A DNA stretch of 63,992 nucleotides, filler included, from a bacterium (GCA_040757115.1; 4 parts of 4 records of this genome joined end to end with filler, not necessarily neighbours in it), one strand, 5' to 3'; counted from the first letter of the whole stretch, positions 1 to 10,159 are shown. Notes: generated by a model not told the origin, from the sequence alone. Translations and numbers: made by a program.

Positions 1-140
1 TTATGGAAATTTGTTGTTTTCCACAATCAATTTCTACCTATTTCTATAAATTTCAATCTATTTCTATTATCTTATCTCCATATCACTCTTATCTCCTTAT
101 CCCCTTTCTTACACTTTTGATATATACCCTGAACGGTTAC
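1..140. mobile_element. Right part of a GTAAC-TIR MITE (copy of 57848-58084)
   Basis: 1-140 matches 57945-58084 except for one base and ends in the family TIR CTGAACGGTTAC. Confidence 0.85.
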
Positions 141-216
141 GTAGTATCTCAATGGGTAATTATGCTTACAAAGTTTAGTGGCAATTCTCCCCCCGCCGCT
201 GAACTCTGCGTTAGAC
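141..216 (+). other. Integron attC site, right half only (left half displaced by the MITE)
   Basis: Ends in CCGCCGCTGAACTCTGC-GTTAGAC (L' and R' boxes). GTTAGAC is complementary to GTCTAAC, which opens the next attC at 402. Confidence 0.55.
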
Positions 217-255
217 TAAAAGAGATTAAACCACGAAGGGCAGGGAGAACACGAA

Positions 256-360
256 GTGAAATTTGATGAAATATCTAATAAAGTTAGCAAATATTAAAGT
301 TGGCTTGTTAATAAATTCAATGTAGAAAGGTTGAAAGAAGGCATAAAAAGATTTGTCTTG
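256..360 (+). pseudogene. Internally deleted GxxExxY-family gene (cassette cargo)
   Basis: The N-terminus MKFDEISNKV is joined directly to the C-terminus KLANIKVGLLIN(F)NVERLKEGIKRFVL, both typical of GxxExxY proteins. It is flanked by inverted CCACGAAG.../...CTTCGTGG repeats (229-255, 367-394). Confidence 0.7.
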
Positions 361-401
361 TCCAATCTTCGTGACCTTCGTGCTCTTCGTGGTAAAAAAC
401 A

Positions 402-450
402 GTCTAACAAAACAATGAACCTGACAGAGCAAGTTATTTTATCGTTAGGC
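402..450 (+). other. Integron attC site (short)
   Basis: GTCTAAC-aaaac-AATGAACCTG...CAAGTTATT-ttatc-GTTAGGC gives R'', L'' with an extra base, L' and R'. It is followed by an RBS (GAGGAGG) and a GTG start. Confidence 0.65.
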
Positions 451-465
451 ATCCCAGAGGAGGAA

Positions 466-688
466 GTGAAATCTTTGAAACAGGTTTATAAAGGTATAGA
501 TGAAGATGATGTTATCCGTCTTGAGAGACAGATAGGACTTCCTATGGGAACAAAAATCCTTGTTATGGTAAAAACATTTTGCATGGATGAACAAAAGAAA
601 TAAAGGATACATAGATGAAACTACTTGAGCGAGGGTTTTATCTTGGGAAAAAATTATATTCAAAAGGAGAGGATCTATATGACAGATA
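466..688 (+). pseudogene. Frameshifted VapB-like antitoxin
   Basis: GTG 466 after GAGGAGG gives MKSLKQVYKGIDEDDVIRLERQIGLPMGTKILV; a shifted frame continues KLLERGFYLGKKLYSKGEDLYDR and overlaps the PIN gene start. Confidence 0.5.
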
Positions 689-2418
689 AACTGATAGATA
701 CGAACATTCTTGTATATGCTTACGATACCTCTGAAGGAATAAAACATGAGAAGTCAAAAAACCTTTTGAAACAGATATGGAAAGCAGGTGGAGGAATTGT
801 CTGTGTGCAAAATCTGATAGAATTTTTTATTGTTATCACCCCAATTGTCTTATTGTCTTTATCGTTTATCCCTTTTGCTTCTGCTGATGGGTTCATTCAT
901 ATTTACTATGAAGACAAGTGGAATTTATTCAATGAAGACCAGCAACTCTGTGCAATTAACTATAAAGACGGATTCCAAAATATGATTTTAATAGTAGACC
1001 CAGGTCAAGAACTAACCGGAGAAAAAGCAGTTTGGATATTTCCTATTCCAGTAAAACCAAATAGAATTGCTATCAATATTGTGAAAGATTTCCCTCAATT
1101 TTTGGGTTATGATGTTCAAGATAAAGCTGATGAATCAATCTCTAATGTTTTTATGGCTATGCGAGCAACCCAAATTTATACCTTTCCAGTCTTATCTCTC
1201 ACTATGCTTAAAATGGAAGGAGGAAGAAAGGGACTGGAAGATATGTTGGAGGAAGTTACCATTTATAACCATATTGAAAAAATGGGACTTACTACAGAAT
1301 TGGTTTCTGCTGTTGATGGGTCTTCATTGACAAATTATGTAACTTCAAAAGGTTTAAACTTACCAGAATCTTCAAGGTCTATTTTAGATGAATATATAGG
1401 TCGAGAATATTCTTTTGTCATATCCTGGATTTCTAATATTGAAAAATTCAAACAGGAGCAAGGATCAGTAAAACAAGGCTATGGTGAAAAGTGGGAAATG
1501 GGGACAAGTAATTCAATTGGGGTTTTTATTACATTCCCAACTGATAAAATATACTATCCTCTAAAACCAACATCTGTTTATGGAAGTAAAAGAGTTGCAG
1601 CAGTCATTTATGTTTTAGATTATGTCGAGCCTGAATTATACGATGGAGTTAAAACAAATGCCGAACTAAATTATTTCTTTGAAAACCAATTAAGTGCTCC
1701 AGAAGGATTAAGAGATTTTTTTGCTGAATATGAAAAGAAGCCTTACACTTACTATGCAGGAGAGGCTCAAGAACAAGGTTTCACGGTAAAAGATGTAAAA
1801 TATACAAGAATCAAAATAAATCCACCTTCAAAATATTTAACTCAAGATTTATGGATGAAAGTATCTGCCCCATTTAAAATAAAAGCAGCTGATTTTGCAA
1901 GCAGATATGGATTATTATACGGTTTAATATTTTTTATATTATGTTCTTGCTTAGCAAGTTTATTATCGGGTATGATTATTTTTAGAAACAAAACAATCTC
2001 AAAATTAAAATTTACATTGTTTGGTCTATGGAATTTCCTGACATTAATTGGTTTTTCAATCGCCGCTTATATTACTAAAATTGACATTAAATCTACCCAA
2101 TCACAAGAAATTCAAAAAAGTGATATTTCATTTGGAAAGATTATTACACGAAGCTTACTTATTGCACTTGTGATTACTGTTCTGTTTTTATTCCTCCTGT
2201 TTTTATTCCTATATACAAGTTCATTGAGATACTGGGATTTTGAAATGACTACTTCTGTGCTAATTATGTATGCTATTACAAGTGCATTCATCGCTATTTT
2301 TGAATGGGGTTATTACAAAAACAGGGAAATAATGAAGTTCATAATTTTGTTTACAGCACTATTTATTGTTCTAACAATAATTTCTCAAGAATTTTTGAAT
2401 TTGATAATCATTTTCTAA
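679..2418 (+). CDS. Chimeric ORF: truncated VapC PIN N-terminus fused to a DUF2330-like exported domain with a C-terminal multi-TM region
   Basis: MTDKLIDTNILVYAYD...QNLIEFF is the PIN N-half. It is followed by a signal-like LLSLSFIPFASA-DG, motifs AVWIFPIP and ITFPTDKIYYPLKPTS, and about 5 hydrophobic helices. RBS AAGGAG precedes ATG 679. Confidence 0.55.
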   Translation: MTDKLIDTNILVYAYDTSEGIKHEKSKNLLKQIWKAGGGIVCVQNLIEFFIVITPIVLLSLSFIPFASADGFIHIYYEDKWNLFNEDQQLCAINYKDGFQNMILIVDPGQELTGEKAVWIFPIPVKPNRIAINIVKDFPQFLGYDVQDKADESISNVFMAMRATQIYTFPVLSLTMLKMEGGRKGLEDMLEEVTIYNHIEKMGLTTELVSAVDGSSLTNYVTSKGLNLPESSRSILDEYIGREYSFVISWISNIEKFKQEQGSVKQGYGEKWEMGTSNSIGVFITFPTDKIYYPLKPTSVYGSKRVAAVIYVLDYVEPELYDGVKTNAELNYFFENQLSAPEGLRDFFAEYEKKPYTYYAGEAQEQGFTVKDVKYTRIKINPPSKYLTQDLWMKVSAPFKIKAADFASRYGLLYGLIFFILCSCLASLLSGMIIFRNKTISKLKFTLFGLWNFLTLIGFSIAAYITKIDIKSTQSQEIQKSDISFGKIITRSLLIALVITVLFLFLLFLFLYTSSLRYWDFEMTTSVLIMYAITSAFIAIFEWGYYKNREIMKFIILFTALFIVLTIISQEFLNLIIIF

Positions 2419-2490
2419 AAAACACAATCAGAGTCAGACCTCGAAAGCAGAATTAACTTGACGATAGAAGAAAAACGGCGACCATTAAAA

Positions 2491-2547
2491 GTCTAACCGA
2501 TCAATGAAGCGGATTCGCTTTGCTCACCGCTTATTTCTGTCTTAGAC
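2491..2547 (+). other. Integron attC site
   Basis: GTCTAAC-cgatc-AATGAAGCGG-A-TTCGC-TTT-GCTCA-CCGCTTATT-tctgt-CTTAGAC has two extrahelical bases at the canonical positions; R' has C in place of G. An RBS and TA genes follow. Confidence 0.75.
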
Positions 2548-2572
2548 GTGAGAATATGAGGAGGCAAAAACA

Positions 2573-2782
2573 ATGTTGGAAGTACACAAAAGAATAGTTC
2601 TCGATGAAAATCAACGCCCATTTGCTATTCAGATACCTATTGAGGAATTCGAACGATTGGAAGATGTCATCGAGAATTATGGGCTGTCAAAGATGATGGG
2701 CGAAGTAAAGGATGACGAAAAAATGTCCGTAGAGGAAGCAAGAGAATATTATGGGTGGTTGAAGACAAATGTGGAATGTTGA
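2573..2782 (+). CDS. Antitoxin of a RelE/ParE-type type II TA pair
   Basis: 69-aa acidic protein with RBS GAGGAGG, overlapping the toxin start. Confidence 0.7.
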   Translation: MLEVHKRIVLDENQRPFAIQIPIEEFERLEDVIENYGLSKMMGEVKDDEKMSVEEAREYYGWLKTNVEC

Positions 2783-3031
2783 GTACACAAAGCGTTTTCT
2801 TAAAGAGCTATCCGAATTGCCAAAAGAAGTCCGATCTCGGGCAGAAAAGATAGTCTTTGAGGAACTGCTGATTGGTAACCCCTTTTCGCTTGGATATATT
2901 GAGGGTATCCAGATAAGTATAAGATTCGGGTTGGTGATTACAGAATCGGTATCACAATAGATAAGCAAAGCGATTTGATAATTTGTCAACGGATAGCCCA
3001 TCGCAAAGATATATACAGGATGTTCCCATGA
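2769..3031 (+). pseudogene. RelE/ParE-family toxin, frameshifted
   Basis: MWNVEYTKRFLKELSELP...LGYIE, then a shifted frame GYPDKYKIRVGDYRIG...IAHRKDIYRMFP* carrying the RelE signature. Confidence 0.8.
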
Positions 3032-3057
3032 AAAGATAATTAGGGATAGGGGAGTAA

Positions 3058-3116
3058 GGTCAGACCTTGAATGTAGAAAGTAGTTCCTTTTACATTCAAC
3101 ATTCACGGTCTGACCC
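3058..3116. repeat. REPIN-like hairpin, type A (GGTCAGACC-TTGAATGTAGAAAG...TTACATTCAACATTCAC-GGTCTGACC)
   Basis: Near-identical copies at 10062-10121 and 11839-11898; partial copy at 9252-9277. Confidence 0.85.
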
Positions 3117-3351
3117 TGACCCCAAACCTTGCTCTGTTTTTTCTCTGCGTCTCTGCAGTAAAGGATTACCTAAACGGTTACAAAACATCGTTGTCATATT
3201 ATACCACAATTTCAATCTATGTCAATTAAAATTTTATACATACACTAAAATTTGTTCATCGTCAAACAAAATGTAGTTTTTTTGTCAACACTCACTCGAG
3301 GTCTAACCCAAAATAGTAGAAGATATTTTTAAAAAATTCTCGATCAGCCAC

Positions 3352-3380
3352 TTGACAAAAAAGGAAAAATAAAGTATAAT
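3352..3380 (+). promoter_or_regulatory. Sigma70 promoter of the RHS gene
   Basis: TTGACA-17 bp-TATAAT, perfect consensus. Confidence 0.8.
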
Positions 3381-3449
3381 TATCAGTATATTAGAAGACT
3401 CTCGGATATCAAGTTTGAAGGGGATTTTTATAAGATAAGGACTATTAAA

Positions 3450-6400
3450 ATGAAGAAATTTGCATCTCTATTGTTAGTATTATTAATATCAATACTTATT
3501 TTGCCAACAAAAGAGTGTTTTAGTGAAGAAGAGAGAGGATGTGGGATAAGAAGGTATATAAGTGAAGTTAAAATAGTCTCTGAATGGCAAATTGATGTCA
3601 CGGTAATGGTTAAGTTTAGTGAGGATTGTAGTCAATCTGGGAATTATATAAAGGTATGGATAGAACATGCCGGATGGTATTATGAGGATATAATCTATGA
3701 TGTTCCAGTAGGAGAGTGGATAGTTCATACTTTCCATTTCTTTACCTATGAACAATTGGCTAATGGAACCTCTCTTCGAATAGTATTAGAGGCTTATTCT
3801 CCTCCTATTACCTTTAAAAATGATGAAGTAAGAGGCAAGGTATATATGGATACCGAAAATCCTATCCTGGGTATCCCCTATGATAGAAATGCCTTGATAT
3901 TTGAGCCAATAAATATTACAAATGGTAATATGATTATGACTTCTAAAGATATGTTTTTACCTGGCAAGAATCTTCATATTAAATTTGATAGAACATATAA
4001 TAGCAGAAGTAATGAGATTGGACCATTTGGATATGGCTGGACTCATAGTTATAATATGTATCTTTTATTCAAATCTCAAAATCCAATGGCTGGAGCACTA
4101 AAGTTCTATGTAACATATCACTCTCAACCCCCACCACAAATTCCAAAATTTAGTGAAAAGAATTCAAAGGATAATGATAATTTTGTGGTAGTTGTAGATG
4201 AAACTGGTAGGTGGATTGTATTCACTAAACAAAATGATACTTATCTCCCACCTCCTGGAATCCATTCTACTTTAACAAAGAACATAGATAATACATATAC
4301 TTTACGAGAAAAGGATACTACTGAATATAATTTTGATTCAAATGGCAACTTAACTTCTATAATAGATAGAAATGACAATCAGATAAGTCTTACCTACACC
4401 GATAATAAACTTACTCGAATAACCAGTTCATCAGGACGGTTTATTGAACTGGAATATTATCCTGAAGAATACATTAAGTTAATTAGAGATAATATGGGAA
4501 GAGAGGTATCTTATATTTATGAAGGAGATGACCTGGTCAAAGTTATTGACCAGGAAAATAACGAGACTAAATATACTTATTTAAATCATAACCTCACTCA
4601 GAGAACAGATGCAAACTCAAATTCTATATATTTTACCTACCATTATGATAATGATATGGTAACTGAGGCAAAAGGTGCTGGAAATAATTACAAGCTGAGT
4701 TTATCTTATGACCCGGTATACAACAAAATTGTAGTTACAGACTCAAAAGGATATAATACGGAATATTATTATAATGAGAGTAATGTAATAACTAAGATTG
4801 TTGACGGAGTAGGTAATATTCAAGAATTTGGCTGGGATACGGATTTAAATAAGATATGGGTTAAAGATGCAAATGGGAATATTACAAAGATGGGTTATGA
4901 TTCAATGGGTAATATAACCAGCATAACTCCTCCAGCACCATTTGATACTCAAATTACTAATTTTACATATCACCCAACATATAATTTTATCACTTCTATT
5001 GACGACCCTATACATCCTGCTACTACATTTACATATAATGATAATACAGGTGATTTACTTTTTGTCACAGACCCATTAGAAAACCAGACCGAATATCAAT
5101 ATAATGGATATGGACAGTGCATATTGATGATAGATGCTAAACACAATAAAACAAAATATGAATATGAGAATAGATGGGGAGACCTTACTGAGGTAATAGA
5201 AGGATATGAAGTATTAAATTATGTGACTCAATTTAGTTATGATGATGTTGGTAATAGAATAAGTATGACAGATGCAAATGGAAATATCACTGAGTATATT
5301 TATGACAACTGTAATAGACTCACGGATATAATCTATCCAGGAGATAATGGCACTACGGATTATGAATATGATGGAGTTGGTAATAGAATAAGTATAACAG
5401 ACGCAAATGGTGTACTAACTACCTATGAATATGATGTTGTTAATCGACCTGGAACTGTTACTATTGACCCATTCGGATTAGCTATTAGAACTGCTTATCA
5501 ATACGATACTGAGGGAAATAGAATTAGTCTAACTGACTCCAACGGCAATGTTACTCATTATGAATATGACCCATTAAACAGATTAATAAAGGTAATCTCG
5601 GAAGACCCGGATGGTCCAGGACCTAAGGAGTCAGGTATTACTATATTTGAATATGACCCGGTGGGTAATAGAACTAAGATGATAGATGGAGAAGGAAATA
5701 TTACCAGATATGAGTATGATGTATTAAATAGACCTGGGACAGTCACACAGGTTTTAGATGGTAGAGACTTAAAGACTGGCTATGAATATGATGAGGTAGG
5801 TAACTTAAGATTTATTACAGATGCCAATGGACATACATCAGAATATCAATATGATGCCTTAAATCGCCTACGATTTAGTATTGACCCATTACTCAATACC
5901 ACTGAATACCAATATGATGAGGCAGGTAATTTAGATTATAAGATAAGTGCTAATGGGACTATGATTAACTATGTTTATGATGAGGTAAATAGACTAACAT
6001 CAATAATATATCCAGATACTAAACAGGTAAATTATGAATATGACCCGGTAGGGAACTTAACTAAGATGCAAGATTTTTATTTTAATACCTGGTATGAATA
6101 TGATGAATTAAATAGATTAAGTACTGAGACTCATTTTGCAGATTTTCTTAAGGTAAGGTATGGTTATGATAATGTAGGAAATAGAATAAGCCTTAGTGAC
6201 CCGTATGGAAGGACACTGAGATACAAATATGATCCAGCCAATCGATTAACTAATTTAGTCTTACAGGATAACAAAGGTACAATTTCATATACCTACAATC
6301 CAGTAGGAACTATAAAAGAGGTAGATTATCCTAATTTAGTAAGAGTTTCTTATACCTATGATAATTTAAACAGATTAACCCAACTGGTAAACAGAAACCA

Positions 6401-7691
6401 GGCAGGAACTATATCTTTCTTTAGTTATGATTATGATAAAGTAGGAAATAGAAATTATATGTTCACAAATAGTGGGACAACAAGTTATACTTATGATAAC
6501 CTATACAGGTTGACACATGTGAAATATCCTGAGCAAAGTTTTACTGATTATACCTATGATGATGTAGGTAATCGTGATACGATGACTACTTTAGAAGGGG
6601 TAACAAACTATACTTATGATGAGGCAAATAGACTTATTCAAGCAGGGAGTATTACCTACGGTTATGATAATAATGGTAATATAATTGAAAAGGTAACACC
6701 GCAAGGGACTATTAGTTATACCTACGATTATGAAAATAGGCTAATAATAGTAAGTAAGGGTTCACAGCCACAGGTTAATTACTATTATGATGGATATGGT
6801 AGGAGGTTAGCCAGACAAGTCGGTAATGAGGTAACAATCTATCTCTGGGATGGGCAGAATGAGTTAATGGAGTATGATTATTTTACTGCCAGTCCATTAG
6901 CAGAATATATTTATGCAGATGGTCAGCTTGTATCAAAGGATTTAGTCATGGGAGGATTATTCACTGCTTTCTTCCATCACGATGGATTAGGGAGTATAAG
7001 GGATATCACAGATAGGGAAGGAAATGTTCTAACTTCGTATGACTACGATGCATTTGGAGAGGTAAAACAGGGATACATTGGTAAATATAACTATAACTCC
7101 TTCACGGGGAAACAATATGACCCAGAGAGTAAGTTATATTACTTCGGCGCCAGATACTATGACCCGAAAATAGGGAGGTTTATAACAAAAGACCCAATAT
7201 TAGAGCCGATAGTGTTACAGAGTTTATCCTTGCCTTTTGAAATACTGTTATCAAAACCTTCTCCTGTTATTTTCCTGATTCCTCATATGAAAGAAACTCC
7301 TCAGGAGTTTCATCCATATATGTATTGCTACAATAATCCTGTAAACTGGGTAGACCTATGGGGATTATGTTCTGAAGAAGATTGGGGATTATATGGAGGA
7401 ATAAATTTAAAAGACTGGGGAGCAAAAATAGGAATTATAGGAATTTCTGGAGGAGCGAAAGATACAAAAGCTTATGTAAGTGGGCAACTTTTAGTTTTAG
7501 GAATAGAAGCAGGATATAATTGGTGGAATATGCAGTTTTATTATGAACCTTCCATGGGTATTGAATTTCAGGCTGGTCCTTTTTATGGAGGTTGGGATCT
7601 TGTAAAATTTACCGAGACACTCTGGAGTCCAGGAATAATAGGGAAATTTCCAGAAATAATAGAGAATTTTCAGAAGAAGAAGAAAAATTAA
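3450..7691 (+). CDS. RHS/YD-repeat polymorphic toxin with signal peptide, DUF6531-like domain, RHS core and a ~107-aa variable C-terminus
   Basis: N-terminus MKKFASLLLVLLISILIL; EPINITNGN...FDRTYNS...FGYGWTHSY; many YxYDxxGNR repeats; core YYFGARYYDPKIGRFITKDP...YMYCYNNPVNWVDLWGL. Confidence 0.93.
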   Translation: MKKFASLLLVLLISILILPTKECFSEEERGCGIRRYISEVKIVSEWQIDVTVMVKFSEDCSQSGNYIKVWIEHAGWYYEDIIYDVPVGEWIVHTFHFFTYEQLANGTSLRIVLEAYSPPITFKNDEVRGKVYMDTENPILGIPYDRNALIFEPINITNGNMIMTSKDMFLPGKNLHIKFDRTYNSRSNEIGPFGYGWTHSYNMYLLFKSQNPMAGALKFYVTYHSQPPPQIPKFSEKNSKDNDNFVVVVDETGRWIVFTKQNDTYLPPPGIHSTLTKNIDNTYTLREKDTTEYNFDSNGNLTSIIDRNDNQISLTYTDNKLTRITSSSGRFIELEYYPEEYIKLIRDNMGREVSYIYEGDDLVKVIDQENNETKYTYLNHNLTQRTDANSNSIYFTYHYDNDMVTEAKGAGNNYKLSLSYDPVYNKIVVTDSKGYNTEYYYNESNVITKIVDGVGNIQEFGWDTDLNKIWVKDANGNITKMGYDSMGNITSITPPAPFDTQITNFTYHPTYNFITSIDDPIHPATTFTYNDNTGDLLFVTDPLENQTEYQYNGYGQCILMIDAKHNKTKYEYENRWGDLTEVIEGYEVLNYVTQFSYDDVGNRISMTDANGNITEYIYDNCNRLTDIIYPGDNGTTDYEYDGVGNRISITDANGVLTTYEYDVVNRPGTVTIDPFGLAIRTAYQYDTEGNRISLTDSNGNVTHYEYDPLNRLIKVISEDPDGPGPKESGITIFEYDPVGNRTKMIDGEGNITRYEYDVLNRPGTVTQVLDGRDLKTGYEYDEVGNLRFITDANGHTSEYQYDALNRLRFSIDPLLNTTEYQYDEAGNLDYKISANGTMINYVYDEVNRLTSIIYPDTKQVNYEYDPVGNLTKMQDFYFNTWYEYDELNRLSTETHFADFLKVRYGYDNVGNRISLSDPYGRTLRYKYDPANRLTNLVLQDNKGTISYTYNPVGTIKEVDYPNLVRVSYTYDNLNRLTQLVNRNQAGTISFFSYDYDKVGNRNYMFTNSGTTSYTYDNLYRLTHVKYPEQSFTDYTYDDVGNRDTMTTLEGVTNYTYDEANRLIQAGSITYGYDNNGNIIEKVTPQGTISYTYDYENRLIIVSKGSQPQVNYYYDGYGRRLARQVGNEVTIYLWDGQNELMEYDYFTASPLAEYIYADGQLVSKDLVMGGLFTAFFHHDGLGSIRDITDREGNVLTSYDYDAFGEVKQGYIGKYNYNSFTGKQYDPESKLYYFGARYYDPKIGRFITKDPILEPIVLQSLSLPFEILLSKPSPVIFLIPHMKETPQEFHPYMYCYNNPVNWVDLWGLCSEEDWGLYGGINLKDWGAKIGIIGISGGAKDTKAYVSGQLLVLGIEAGYNWWNMQFYYEPSMGIEFQAGPFYGGWDLVKFTETLWSPGIIGKFPEIIENFQKKKKN

Positions 7692-7729
7692 TATCAAACA
7701 AATTTTAAAAAATACATTTGGTAAAAATA

Positions 7730-8239
7730 ATGGAAAATCCAAATATTTTAGTAAACCATAATAAATATTGTTATACAAGTTTTTGGAAACGCAGTATTTC
7801 TCTTACAATTGATTTTTTGATTCTTGATTTAGTCGGATTTTTATGGATGTTTTTCTTTTCTTTAGGAATGTTAGTATTTTTCCGAATAATACTAAAAGTA
7901 GATGATATTAGAAAGATTAATCTTTTATGGGAAATAATTAGTCAAGTGTGGGTAATAATATCTTTTATATTATTAAGTAGTTACTTTATTTTTATGCATG
8001 GAAGATATGGAGCTACATTGGGTAAAATGATTGTAAGGATAAAGGTTGTTAAGCAAGATTATACACCTATAAATTATAAAATTGCTATGATAAGATATTT
8101 CGCTTTTCTCTTATCATGTGCCACATGTGGGATTGGTTTTCTTTTAGCTGCCTTTGATTCTAAGAAACAGAGTTTACACGATAAAATTGCTAAGACTTAT
8201 GTGGTGTATAGATGTTCAATACAGGATAATGAGAAATAA
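7730..8239 (+). CDS. RDD-family membrane protein (candidate immunity protein)
   Basis: FWKRSISLTIDF...GATLGKMIVRIKVV...KQSLHDKIAKTYVV matches the RDD signature; lies directly after the RHS gene. Confidence 0.85.
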   Translation: MENPNILVNHNKYCYTSFWKRSISLTIDFLILDLVGFLWMFFFSLGMLVFFRIILKVDDIRKINLLWEIISQVWVIISFILLSSYFIFMHGRYGATLGKMIVRIKVVKQDYTPINYKIAMIRYFAFLLSCATCGIGFLLAAFDSKKQSLHDKIAKTYVVYRCSIQDNEK

Positions 8240-8280
8240 GGGGGGAATCGGGGGTCGCTCGGAATCGGATAGTGGGATTG

Positions 8281-8339
8281 GGGTCAGACCTCGAAAAGAG
8301 AATTTAAACTGTCTAAATTCTCTTTTCGAGGTCTGACCC
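8281..8339. repeat. REPIN-like perfect hairpin, type B (26-bp stem, 7-nt loop)
   Basis: GGGTCAGACCTCGAAAAGAGAATTTA-aactgtc-TAAATTCTCTTTTCGAGGTCTGACCC. Single arms occur at 2432, 3296, 11131-11156 and 11794. Confidence 0.9.
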
Positions 8340-8378
8340 TACCTACATACTTCATCTCCTGATTTTATAGTCCCAGAG

Positions 8379-8738
8379 ATGATAGATATTCCCCAAGACC
8401 TCCATCCCTATATGTACTGCTACAATAACCCAATTAATTGGATAGACCCGTTTGGACTATGCCCGGAAGAGCCTGGACTTGAATCTACATGGGATGAGTT
8501 AATGCTTATCCCAGGGTTAGGACTTGTTGGGAAAGTAGGGAAAGGAGCAAAATTTCTAGAGAAAGCAGAGGCTCTGATTTCCGGATATTTAAAACGCTCA
8601 AAATCATATCATTCTGAATATGCAAAGAAAACTTATCAGGAAATCATAGAACTAGCTAAAAAAGGTGATAAAAAAGCTCAACAAATGAAAAAGTTAATTC
8701 AGGAAAGAAAACGATTATTGAAGAAGAGGAAAAAATGA
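8379..8738 (+). CDS. Orphan RHS C-terminal toxin module
   Basis: HPYMYCYNNPINWIDPFGL core end followed by a new, basic ~92-aa C-terminus. Confidence 0.85.
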   Translation: MIDIPQDLHPYMYCYNNPINWIDPFGLCPEEPGLESTWDELMLIPGLGLVGKVGKGAKFLEKAEALISGYLKRSKSYHSEYAKKTYQEIIELAKKGDKKAQQMKKLIQERKRLLKKRKK

Positions 8739-9226
8739 GAAATTTCAAATATCTGAAAGAAAAAATGGAAGCAATCGAGATTTTAGAGAAACAAGAAGAC
8801 TTTAGGAAATCTTTAAAAGAGGTTCAACATCTCTTAACAGAATTTCCTTATCTTACTCCTTTATTAGTCCTAAAAGGGGAGTTGATTCAACTTTTGGATG
8901 AAGAGGATAGTAACCAATGGAAACTTGAAGATGCAAAAGAGGCATTAGAACAAGCAGTGGCAATTGATGAAAAATCTATGGATGCTTTACTTGAATTAGC
9001 TTTTTATTCTTACGCAGTAGAGGACAACAATGAAATAGCTCTTCATCTTTTTGAGAAGAGTATAAATATGAGTAGAAAATTTTTAGAGGAAGCATATGGG
9101 GGTAAATGTAAGTGTTTATTTGAAACTAATCGAAAAGAAGAAGCTTTAAAATGTCTTAAAGAATCTCTTATAATATTTCCTGAATCAGAGAAATTAAAAG
9201 AAACAGAAGAAGATTTCAAGGATTAG
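8735..9226 (+). CDS. Acidic TPR-like protein, putative cognate immunity
   Basis: ATGA overlap with the orphan toxin; helical TPR-like pattern (EDAKEALEQAV, EEALKCLKESL). Confidence 0.7.
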   Translation: MRNFKYLKEKMEAIEILEKQEDFRKSLKEVQHLLTEFPYLTPLLVLKGELIQLLDEEDSNQWKLEDAKEALEQAVAIDEKSMDALLELAFYSYAVEDNNEIALHLFEKSINMSRKFLEEAYGGKCKCLFETNRKEEALKCLKESLIIFPESEKLKETEEDFKD

Positions 9227-9317
9227 GGATTAGGGTCAGATTAGGAATTAAGGTCAGACCTTGAATGTAGAAAGTAGGGATTAAGTTTTTCCACTTAATT
9301 GCTCTTTGACAATCTAA

Positions 9318-9945
9318 TATTATGATAGTTTTGGCAGAAGGTTAGCCAGGCAGGGTGGAAGTGAGATAAAAGTATATCTCTGGGATGGGCAGAAAGAGTT
9401 TATGGAGTATGATTTTTGGAGTGCCAAGCCATTAGGAGAATATATTTATGCAAATGACCAGCTTGTATCAAAGGATTTAGTCATGGGAGGATTATTCACT
9501 GCTTTCTTCCATCACGATGGATTAGGGAGTATAAGGGATATCACAGATAGGGGAGGAAATGTTCTAACTTCTTATGACTACGATGCATTTGGAGAGGTAA
9601 AGCAAGGCTACATTGGTAAATATAACTATAACTCCTTCACAGGCAAACAATATGACCCAGAAAGTAAGTTATTTTACTTTGGCGCAAGATGGTATGATCC
9701 CCAAGTGGGGAGATTTGTGAGTAAGGATCTAGCGAATATAGCTACAGTACAACTTCCCTATGAACATCGGCCAATAGGAAATATTGGGTCACTTCAAGGT
9801 TACATATATGATCCTACACTACACTACAACATCTTTATGTATATGTAAGCAATAATCCGATTAATTGGATTGATCTTTATGGATTACAACCACATGCAGG
9901 ATTTATAGCAGCCTTACTTAAGATGTCAAATAAGAGTAGAATAGG
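9318..9945 (+). pseudogene. Second orphan RHS core fragment, frameshifted and truncated
   Basis: Starts YYDSFGRRLARQ and is nearly identical in DNA to ~6900-7130. A shifted frame reads HLYVYVSNNPINWIDLYGL before the fragment stops at a REP-like arm. Confidence 0.8.
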
Positions 9946-9949
9946 GTCA

Positions 9950-10049
9950 NNNNNNNNNNNNNNNNNNNNNNNNNNNNNNNNNNNNNNNNNNNNNNNNNNN
10001 NNNNNNNNNNNNNNNNNNNNNNNNNNNNNNNNNNNNNNNNNNNNNNNNN
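9950..10049. other. Scaffold gap (100 N)
   Basis: Both flanks share AAGAGTAGAATAGGGTCA, so the two contig ends probably overlap. Confidence 0.95.
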
Positions 10050-10061
10050 AAGAGTAGAATA

Positions 10062-10121
10062 GGGTCAGACCTTGAATGTAGAAAGCAGTTCCTTTTACAT
10101 TCAACATTCACGGTCTGACCC
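10062..10121. repeat. REPIN-like hairpin type A
   Basis: Copy of 3058-3116. Confidence 0.85.
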
Positions 10122-10159
10122 CAAAATAGTTCCAAAATAGTTCAAAAATAGTTCAAAAA

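Noticed and set aside
2687-3276. ORFs starting MNVECKRN/MNVESSSF (and relatives at 9877-10135, 31629-31841 and 3-266)
   Set aside because: They originate within REP/MITE repeats and recur wherever the repeat does.
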